DNA of 63,505 nt, filler included, from Chiloscyllium plagiosum (Eukaryota): NCBI RefSeq assembly GCF_004010195.1. It is 3 parts of one record of this genome, joined end to end, with 100 filler letters (N's around TTAATTAATTAA, not from the genome) between each part and the next. Parts side by side here need not be neighbours in the genome. Positions count along the whole stretch, not along the records: positions 1 to 26,932 come from NC_057710.1; positions 27,033 to 57,113 come from NC_057710.1; 1 more part is not named here. One strand, written 5' to 3'. Numbering within the stretch: position 1 is the first letter of the stretch; the number at the start of each line of letters is the position of its first letter. A model generated the notes under the pieces. It was given only the letters and a program-made list of their open reading frames with translations, had not been told where the DNA came from and ran no database searches. Below are positions 25,240-34,500 of the stretch, piece by piece. A program made the translations under genes and the position numbers.

Positions 25240-25988
25240 ATCTGGTCTAATCTTGTTAACTGTCCTTGAAGAACCTTGCAGAAATGCCTTTCTGAAGTCC
25301 ATTCTGAAGTCCAAGTTCACTGCTCTGCCCTCATCAATCCTCTTCGTTACTTCTTCAAAAAATTCAGTTTTTAGTGAGACATGATTTCTTATGCACAAAG
25401 CAATGTTGACTACCACTAATCAATCCTACAGTTTCAAAATACATATAAATCCTGTTCCTCAGAATCCCCACCAATAACTTGCCCACCACCGATGTCAGGC
25501 TCACCGGCCTATAGTTCCCTAGCTTCTCTTTACCATCTTGCTTAAATAATAGCATTGCGTTAGCCAACCTCCAGCCAGTCTTCTGGCACCTCACCCATGG
25601 CTATTAATGATACAAATATCTCAGCAAGGGATCAGAAATCACTTCCTTAGCTTCCCATGAAGTTGTTGGGTACACCTAATCAGGTCCCAGGGATTTATCC
25701 ATTTTTCTGCGTTTTAAGACATCCATCAACTCTTACGCTGTAATGTGGACATTTTTCAAGATACTGCTATTTATTTCTCCAAGTTCTCCAACTTCCATAT
25801 CTTTCTCCACAGTAAACATAAATGCAAAGTCTTCATTTAGTATCTCCCCCACCTCCTCTGGTTACACACATGGATAGCCATGCTGATCTTAAGGGGCCGT
25901 ATTCTCTTCTTAGTTATAGCCTTCTTTCCTTAGTATATTTGTGAAACCCAATTGGACACTCCTTTACCCTCTTTGCCAAAGCTATCTG
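25240..25988 (-). mobile_element. CR1 LINE ORF2 remnant
   Basis: GNYRPVSLTSVVGKLL, QHCFVHKKSCLT, EFFEEVTKRIDEG. Confidence 0.85.
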
Positions 25989-26409
25989 ATGAACCTTTTA
26001 TAAGGGTATTAATTGATTGCATAGGACCCTTACCTAAAACAAAAAGAGAGATTTAGTATTTGTTAACAATAATGGATGTGTCCACCAGATTTCCAGAGGC
26101 CATTCCATTGTGCAATATCACAGCTAATAGGATTGTAGAAGAGTTACTCAAATTTTTCACCAGATACAGAGTACCCACAGAGATACAAATCCAATCAAGG
26201 GTCAAATTTTGCATCAACATTATTCAGGAAAATTATGGATAGTTTCGGAAAGAAACAACTCAAATCCACTGCATACCATCCGGAATCACAGGGAGCAAAG
26301 ACAGCATCAAAATGTTAAAGATTGTCCAGAGGACTGGGATAAACGAATTTAATTTGTACTGTTGGCAATTAGTGATGCACAGAATTAATCTACCAAATTC
26401 AGTCCATTT

Positions 26410-27778
26410 ATAGAGTCATAGAGATGTATAGCACAGAGACAGACCCTTCAGTCCACGCCGACCAGATATCCCAACCCAATCTAATCCCACCTGCCAGCAC
26501 GTGGCCCATATCATTCCAAATCCTTTCTATTCATATACCCATTCAAACGCCTCTTAAATGTTGCAATTGTACCAGCCTCCACCACATCCTCTGGCAGCTC
26601 ATTCCATACACATACCACCTTCTGCATGAAAAGGTTGCCCCTTAGGTCTCTTTTATGTCATTCCCCTCTCACCCTAAACCTATGCCCTCTAGTTCTGGAC
26701 ACCCCGATCCCAGGGAAAAGACTTTGTCTATTAATCCTATCCATGCCCCTCATAATTTTGTAAACCTCTGTAAGATCACCCCTCAGCCTCCGACGCTCCA
26801 GGGAATACAGCCCCAGCTTGTTCAACCTCTCCCCATACCTCAAAACCTCCAACCCTGGCAACATCCTTGTAAATCTTTTCTGAACCCTTTCAAGTTTCAC
26901 AACATCTTTCCGATAGGAAGGAGACCAGAATTNNNNNNNNNNNNNNNNNNNNNNNNNNNNNNNNNNNNNNNNNNNNTTAATTAATTAANNNNNNNNNNNN
27001 NNNNNNNNNNNNNNNNNNNNNNNNNNNNNNNNGGCCTTTGTGTGGAGCTACAGAAAATGGGGGAGATACTAAATTAGTATTTTGCATCAGTATTTACTGT
27101 GGAAAAGGCTATGGAAGATATAGACTGTAGGGAAATAGATGGTGACATCTTGCAAAATGTCCAGATTACAGAGGAGGAAGTGCTGGATGTCTTGAAATGG
27201 TGAAAGGTGGATAAATCCCCAGGACCTGATCAGGTGTACCCGAGAACTCTGTAGGAAGCTAGAGAAGTGATTGCTGGGCATCTTGCTGAGATATTTGTAT
27301 CATAGTCACAGGTGAGGTGCCGGAAGACTGGAGGTTGGCAAACGTGGTCCTACTGTTTAAGAGGGGCGGTAAAGACAAGCCAGGGAACTAAAGACTGGTG
27401 AGCCTGACCTCAGTGTTGGGCAAGTTGTTGGAGGGAATCCTGAGGGACAGGATGTACGTGTATTTGGAAAGGCAAGGACTGATTCGGGATAGTCAACATG
27501 GCTTTGTGCGTGGGAAATCATGTCTCACAAACTTGATTGAGTTTTTTGAGGAAGTAACAAAGAAAATTGATGAGGGCAGAGCAGTAGATGTGACCTATAT
27601 GGACTTCAGTAAGGCGTTTGACAAGGTTTCCCCATGGGAGACTGATTAGCAAGGTTAGATTAGCAAGATGGAACAAAGGGAGAACTAGCCATTTGGATAC
27701 AGAACTGGCTCAAAGGTAGAAGACAGAGGGTGGTGGTGGAGGGTTGTTTTTCAGACTGGGGGCCTGTGACCAGTGGTA
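26410..27778. mobile_element. CR1 insertion: minus-strand 3' segment plus plus-strand upstream segment (possible 5' inversion)
   Basis: Minus segment LERVQKRFTRMLPG..TRGHRF with tail at 26410. Plus segment DKSPGPD..DFSKAFDKV..PVTSG ends at ~27777. A gap lies between them. Confidence 0.85.
26933..27032. other. Artificial contig linker (44 N, TTAATTAATTAA, 44 N)
   Basis: Six-frame-stop 12-mer centred in a 100-nt spacer. An identical construct occurs at 57114-57213. Confidence 0.95.
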
Positions 27779-28699
27779 TTAGGTTTCAGGAATGATGTGA
27801 GAGGACCCTGAAATTAATTAAGGGGAATTGGTGAGTCAGAGTTCAAAGACCACACATTTGGACTATGTGTCAAATTTTAGGGGAATATTCAAAAGTGGAT
27901 GACCTGTCTAGACAGCACTTAAAAGTAGCACAGCATGTGATGAAACAGGAAGGAGACAAGAAATTAAAAATTTGCAAGAGGAGATAGTGTTAGTGTTACT
28001 TCCAGTGGAAGGTGAACCTTTAAAAGCCAGCTTTAGTGGACCTTATCAAATTGAAAGGCAGTTAAGTGAGGTGAATTATTTGCTAAGAATGCCCAGATAG
28101 AAAGAAATCTCACAGACTGTGTCATGTGAATATGCTCAAAAGGTATTTTGACAGGGAAGGAAAGCAAAAGGAGAATGTGTTACTGGTACAACACAAAGTG
28201 AAGAACAAAGTTCAGATGATTCTGAACTTGACATTCCTCAAATTAAGGTGGTACAGTTGCATACAGTTCTGGACACCACATTATAGGAAGGATGTGGAAG
28301 CATTGGAAAGGGTGTGGGAATTGAGGCTGTTTGCATTAGAGAGAAGAAGTTGAGCGGTGAGTTAATTGAGACATAAGATAATCAGAGGGTTAGATAGGGT
28401 GGACAGTGAAAGCCAATTTTCTCAGATGGTGATGGGAAGAATCAAAATAACCTGAAACAATTATTACAATCACATGGGGAAATATGTGGGAATAAACTAG
28501 GAAATCTAATTATGCATAATGGAGATATTGGAAATGCTGTTCCAATTAAGCAATATCCATATGAACTTAACACTCTAATGTTGGTGCAGGTTCAAAAAGA
28601 GATTGAATACATGCTCAAAGACAACTTAATCACAGTGAGCTACAGCAAATAGAGTTACCCATAATAATCATGCAAAACCCAGATGGTACCCAATGATTT

Positions 28700-29309
28700 G
28701 GGTGGCACAGTGGCTCAGTGGTTAGTACTGCTGCTTCACAGCACCAGAGACTGGGTTTTAATTCATCCTCAGACAAATGTCTGTGTGGAGTTTCCACATG
28801 CTACCCGTGTCTACGTGGGTTTCCTCCCCTAATCCAAAGTGTCAGGTGGATTGGCCATGCCAAATTGCCCAGTGTTCAGGGATGTGTAGGCTAGGTGCAT
28901 TAGTCAGGGAGAAAGTGAGGACTGCAGATGCTGGAGATCAGAGCTGAAAATGTGTCGCCCCCACCCCACTCCGGCCTATCACCCTTGCCTTGACCTCCCT
29001 CCACCTATCGCAATTCCAACGCCCCTCCCCCAAGTCCTTCCTCCCTACCTTTTATCTTAGCCTGCTGGACACACTTTCCTCATTCCTGAAGAAGGGCTTA
29101 TGCCCGAAATGTCGATTCTCCTGTTCCTTGGATGCTGCCTGACCTGCTGCGCTTTTCCAGCAACACATTTTCAGCATTCGTCAGGGGTAAACATAGGATA
29201 ATAGGGTAGGGGAATGGGCCTGGGCGGGTTACTCTTCGGAGAGTCGGTTTGGGCTTGTTGGGCCAAAGGGCCTGTTTCCACACTGTAGAGATTATATGAT
29301 TCTATGATT
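28700..29309 (+). mobile_element. HE1-type V-SINE interrupted by a PLE fragment (28910-29173)
   Basis: A-box TGGCTCAGTGGTTAG, V-domain, CR1-like tail. PLE is flanked by GCATT(A/C)GTCAGGG at 28897-28909 and 29174-29186. Confidence 0.85.
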
Positions 29310-29339
29310 ATGTGTGGCTTATCGCAAAGTCAATTCAAA

Positions 29340-29978
29340 GAAAAAGAACCAAGAAAATTTACAGCTCAGGAACAGGCCCTTCGGCCCTCTAAGTCTGAGC
29401 TGATCCAAATCCAACCTGTCTAAACCTGTCACCCAATTCCTAAGCATCTGTATCCCTCTGCTCCCCACCTACTCATGCATCTGTTCAGATGCACCTTAAA
29501 TGAATCTACTGTGCTTGCCTCTACTACCTCTGCTGGCAACGCGTTCCAGGCACTGCACTCTCTCCAAAGCTTCCACATTCTTTTGGTAATGTGGCGACCA
29601 GAATTGTACACAGTATTGTAAATGCAGCTGAACTAATGTCTTGTACAATTTTAAAATGACCTGCCAGCTCTTATACTCAATAACCCGTCTGATGAAGGCA
29701 AACATACCAGATGCCTTCTTGACCACTCTATCCATCTGTGCAGCAACCTTCAGGATACAATGGACTTGAACTCCCAGATCTCTCTGCTCATCAACTTTTT
29801 CCAAGGCTCTTCCGTTTACAGTATATTTCACTCCAAAAATATACTTCCAAAATGCATTGCCTCACATTTGCCTGGATTGAACTCCATCTGCCACTTCACT
29901 GCCCAACTCTCCAGTCTATCTATATTCTCCTGTATTCTTTGAGAGTCTCCTATGTTTTCTGCTATACCACCAATCTTC
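29340..29978 (-). mobile_element. CR1 LINE 3' portion
   Basis: WAVKWQMEFNPGKCEAMHFG, EQRDLGVQVH, YCVQFWSPHY. Confidence 0.88.
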
Positions 29979-30903
29979 GTATTCAAATACAAAATCTGAT
30001 TCATATCCCGTTCCACATTTAGAAGACTGTATTGAGATGTTGGGACAATACTATGGTTTTCAGAGATGTACTTTGTGCTGGGATTTTGGAGATAGGTCTC
30101 CTCCTTATTGCAGTAATTGACTCCTTAATTAAATAGTGCTACATTACTACCCTTTTTACATTGCCTCTGTCTCACCCTGGAACATTGCATTACCAGTCCA
30201 CGAGCCCTTCCCTCAACCAAGTTTCTGTGATGCCAGCTATGTCACATTTCCATGCATCAATCCGTGGCATTAAGTCATCAGTCTTATCTTTTACACTCTT
30301 AGCATTAAAGACCATCTTGCCTTGCCTTAATCTCTTGACACTCAACATAGCTGAACTCACTGTGACTTGCTTCCTTTGCTGTAGGATGATGTTTTGCTAT
30401 TTTATCAATATTGTGCCAGACTAGTTCATATTCCTCCCAACAATACTAACAAACCTACCTGCAGTAATTACTGCAGATGCCGGAATCTGAACTGAAAACA
30501 AAGAATGTTGGAAATCATAGCGGGCCAGGCAGCATCAGAGAGAGAGAGAGACAAAGCTAATGTTGAGGTAAAAACAAGGACTGGAAACCAGATACTCTTA
30601 TCTAACCAAAGCTAATGCTGAGTCTAGTTGATTCTTCTTCAGAGCTTAGATTAGAGTGGTGCTGGAAAAGCACAGCAGGTCGAGGAGCAGGAGAATCGAC
30701 GTTTCAGGCAAAAGCCCTTCATTAGGAATAGAGCTGTCAGTGTGGTTCAGGTGCAAACCATCCCGTTTGTACATGTCCCATGTTCCCCAAAGAAAACAGT
30801 CTCAGTGGTCCAGGAATCTAAAACTCTCCCTTTTGTACCAGCTCTTGAGCAACGCATTCATCTGTCCTATTTCCTTATTTCTATATTTTTTGCCACATGC
30901 CAC

Positions 30904-31032
30904 TGTAAATTTACGAGATGTCAGGAGAGGCCAGGGGATTCTGTCATCTTGGACACTGGCAGCATCCAGGATTCCCCAAGTGTGACAGGCTGCACCTTCC
31001 CCTGGCCTCTCCTGACATCGCTTAAATTTACA
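30904..31032. repeat. Hairpin / MITE-like inverted repeat
   Basis: TGTAAATTTACGAGATGTCAGGAGAGGCCAGGGGA (30904-30938) is inverted at 30998-31032, with further inner complementarity CTGTCA..CTTGG / CCAAG..TGACAG. Confidence 0.8.
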
Positions 31033-31319
31033 ATTAACACCACAGACCACTACTATGAGCACTACTATTCAACTTACCTTATTTGGTTTTAGTTAATTAG
31101 ACTACACAAGCTAAAATTCACACAGATAGTATCCCACTGACAAAAAATAAATCTTAGATATATTATATTAGAATTATTTTATGATATTTATTTTGCTGAA
31201 TATTTTCTCCCCTGGTTGTAACATCTGAAGCTGATGAGGTCTGTGTTAATGAGGTACACAGAGTTTTATTAAGTGTTTTACTCCTTCCCAGACACTTTCT
31301 CCTCCTCCCTCCCTCTCTC

Positions 31320-31435
31320 TGGGTGACCGTTAGAAAACCGTTAACTGTCAATCACTTCCCACCGCTCTCCAGCTGTGCCCCTCAGACGGGGATCAGGGGG
31401 GGCGGAGACTGTCATTGTCATGTGACACTGACTCT
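31320..31435. promoter_or_regulatory. Promoter-like segment (two MYB-type CCGTTA, GC-box GGGGCGGAG, palindrome-like E-box GTCATGTGAC)
   Basis: Motifs are visible in non-repetitive sequence adjoining the CpG-rich array. Minus-strand donor AAG|GTAAGT at 31077. Confidence 0.3.
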
Positions 31436-31529
31436 CCAACCCAGACACTCCCTCACCTGCTCTGCACATGACCTCAGCAACAGTTGCTCTGGAGATTCTC
31501 TTGGCCCCTCCCACCCACTCTACCCCACA

Positions 31530-34500
31530 GAAGCTTCCGGTCACTGTGCCCCTCCCCCCGAGGAACCTTCCGGTCACTGTGCCCCTTACCCTAAAGAAAC
31601 TTCCGGTCACTGTGCCCCACCCCCTCCACCCGAGGGAGCTTCCGGTCACTGTGCCCCTTCCCCCGGGGAACCTTCCGGTCACTGTGCCCCTCACCCTGAG
31701 GAAACTTCCGGTCACTGTGCCCCTTCCCCCGGGGAATCTTCTGGTCACTGTGCCCCTTTCCCCGAGGGAGCTTCTGGTCACTGTGCCCCTCACCCTGAGG
31801 AAACTTCCCCCTCCCCCCCGAGGGAGCTCTCGGTCACTGTGCCCCTTTCCCTGAGGGAGCTTCCGGTCATTGTGCTCCTTCCCCTGAGGGGGCTTCCGGT
31901 CACTGTGCCCCTCCCCTGAGAAAGCTGCCGGTCACGGTGCCCCTCCCCCCCGAGGGAGCTCTCGGTCACTGTGCCCCTTTCCCTGAGGGAGCTTCCGGTC
32001 ATTGTGCTCCTTCCCCTGAGGGGGCTTCCGGTCACTGTGCCCCTCCCCTGAGAAAGCTGCCGGTCACGGTGCCCCTCCCCCCCGAGGGAGCTCTCGGTCA
32101 CTGTGCCCCTTTCCCTGAGGGAGCTTCCGGTCATTGTGCTCCTTCCCCTGAGGGGGCTTCCGGTCACTGTGCCCCTCCCCTGAGAAAGCTGCCGGTCACG
32201 GTGCCCCTCCCCCCCGAGGGAGCTCTCGGTCACTGTGCCCCTTTCCCTGAGGGAGCTTCCGGTCATTGTGCTCCTTCCCCTGAGGGGGCTTCCGGTCACT
32301 GTGCCCCTCCCCTGAGAAAGCTGCCGGTCACGGTGCCCCTCCCCCCCGAGGGAGCTCTCGGTCACTGTGCCCCTTTCCCTGAGGGAGCTTCCGGTCATTG
32401 TGCTCCTTCCCCTGAGGGGGCTTCCGGTCACTGTGCCCCTCCCCTGAGAAAGCTGCCGGTCACGGTGCCCCTCCCCCCCGAGGGAGCTCTCGGTCACTGT
32501 GCCCCTTTCCCTGAGGGAGCTTCCGGTCATTGTGCTCCTTCCCCTGAGGGGGCTTCCGGTCACTGTGCCCCTCCCCTGAGAAAGCTGCCGGTCACGGTGC
32601 CCCTCCCCCCCGAGGGAGCTCTCGGTCACTGTGCCCCTTTCCCTGAGGGAGCTTCCGGTCATTGTGCTCCTTCCCCTGAGGGGGCTTCCGGTCACTGTGC
32701 CCCTCCCCTGAGAAAGCTGCCGGTCACGGTGCCCCTCCCCCCCGAGGGAGCTCTCGGTCACTGTGCCCCTTTCCCTGAGGGAGCTTCCGGTCATTGTGCT
32801 CCTTCCCCTGAGGGGGCTTCCGGTCACTGTGCCCCTCCCCTGAGAAAGCTGCCGGTCACGGTGCCCCTCCCCCCCGAGGGAGCTCTCGGTCACTGTGCCC
32901 CTTTCCCTGAGGGAGCTTCCGGTCATTGTGCTCCTTCCCCTGAGGGGGCTTCCGGTCACTGTGCCCCTCCCCTGAGAAAGCTGCCGGTCACGGTGCCCCT
33001 CCCCCCCGAGGGAGCTCTCGGTCACTGTGCCCCTTTCCCTGAGGGAGCTTCCGGTCATTGTGCTCCTTCCCCTGAGGGGGCTTCCGGTCACTGTGCCCCT
33101 CCCCTGAGAAAGCTGCCGGTCACGGTGCCCCTCCCCCCCGAGGGAGCTCTCGGTCACTGTGCCCCTTTCCCTGAGGGAGCTTCCGGTCATTGTGCTCCTT
33201 CCCCTGAGGGGGCTTCCGGTCACTGTGCCCCTCCCCTGAGAAAGCTGCCGGTCACGGTGCCCCTCCCCCCCGAGGGAGCTCTCGGTCACTGTGCCCCTTT
33301 CCCTGAGGGAGCTTCCGGTCATTGTGCTCCTTCCCCTGAGGGGGCTTCCGGTCACTGTGCCCCTCCCCTGAGAAAGCTGCCGGTCACGGTGCCCCTCCCC
33401 CCCGAGGGAGCTCTCGGTCACTGTGCCCCTTTCCCTGAGGGAGCTTCCGGTCATTGTGCTCCTTCCCCTGAGGGGGCTTCCGGTCACTGTGCCCCTCCCC
33501 TGAGAAAGCTGCCGGTCACGGTGCCCCTCCCCCCCGAGGGAGCTCTCGGTCACTGTGCCCCTTTCCCTGAGGGAGCTTCCGGTCATTGTGCTCCTTCCCC
33601 TGAGGGGGCTTCCGGTCACTGTGCCCCTCCCCTGAGAAAGCTGCCGGTCACGGTGCCCCTCCCCCCCGAGGGAGCTCTCGGTCACTGTGCCCCTTTCCCT
33701 GAGGGAGCTTCCGGTCATTGTGCTCCTTCCCCTGAGGGGGCTTCCGGTCACTGTGCCCCTCCCCTGAGAAAGCTGCCGGTCACGGTGCCCCTCCCCCCCG
33801 AGGGAGCTCTCGGTCACTGTGCCCCTTTCCCTGAGGGAGCTTCCGGTCATTGTGCTCCTTCCCCTGAGGGGGCTTCCGGTCACTGTGCCCCTCCCCTGAG
33901 AAAGCTGCCGGTCACGGTGCCCCTCCCCCCCGAGGGAGCTCTCGGTCACTGTGCCCCTTTCCCTGAGGGAGCTTCCGGTCATTGTGCTCCTTCCCCTGAG
34001 GGGGCTTCCGGTCACTGTGCCCCTCCCCTGAGAAAGCTGCCGGTCACGGTGCCCCTCCCCCCCGAGGGAGCTCTCGGTCACTGTGCCCCTTTCCCTGAGG
34101 GAGCTTCCGGTCATTGTGCTCCTTCCCCTGAGGGGGCTTCCGGTCACTGTGCCCCTCCCCTGAGAAAGCTGCCGGTCACGGTGCCCCTCCCCCCCGAGGG
34201 AGCTCTCGGTCACTGTGCCCCTTTCCCTGAGGGAGCTTCCGGTCATTGTGCTCCTTCCCCTGAGGGGGCTTCCGGTCACTGTGCCCCTCCCCTGAGAAAG
34301 CTGCCGGTCACGGTGCCCCTCCCCCCCGAGGGAGCTCTCGGTCACTGTGCCCCTTTCCCTGAGGGAGCTTCCGGTCATTGTGCTCCTTCCCCTGAGGGGG
34401 CTTCCGGTCACTGTGCCCCTCCCCTGAGAAAGCTGCCGGTCACGGTGCCCCTCCCCCCCGAGGGAGCTCTCGGTCACTGTGCCCCTTTCCCTGAGGGAGC

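Larger units (their letters stand above)
11080..25240 (-). mobile_element. Fragmented L1/Tx1-clade LINE (5' region ~24700-25240; ORF1 ~22480-24700; EN ~20565-21285; RT ~14380-15750; C-term ~11080-13340)
   Basis: ORF1 KMYGKAVFFLKT and CCHC-like knuckle. EN FSDHSLV..YWHLNNLLLDD. RT DYYRALFS, LLPKKGDL, GRGVRQG. The pieces are in colinear order, separated by younger insertions. Confidence 0.75.
25990..29335 (+). mobile_element. Gypsy LTR-retrotransposon pol remnant with integrase upstream of RT (Gmr1-like), interrupted by CR1, SINE and PLE
   Basis: INT core EPFIRVLIDCIGPLPKT..TRFPEAIPL (25990-26410). INT C-term FSGPYQI..HVNMLKRY (27780-28250). RT N-term PIKQYPY..KEIEYML..PDGT (28435-28698) and LCVAYRKVN (~29307-29333). 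Confidence 0.8.
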
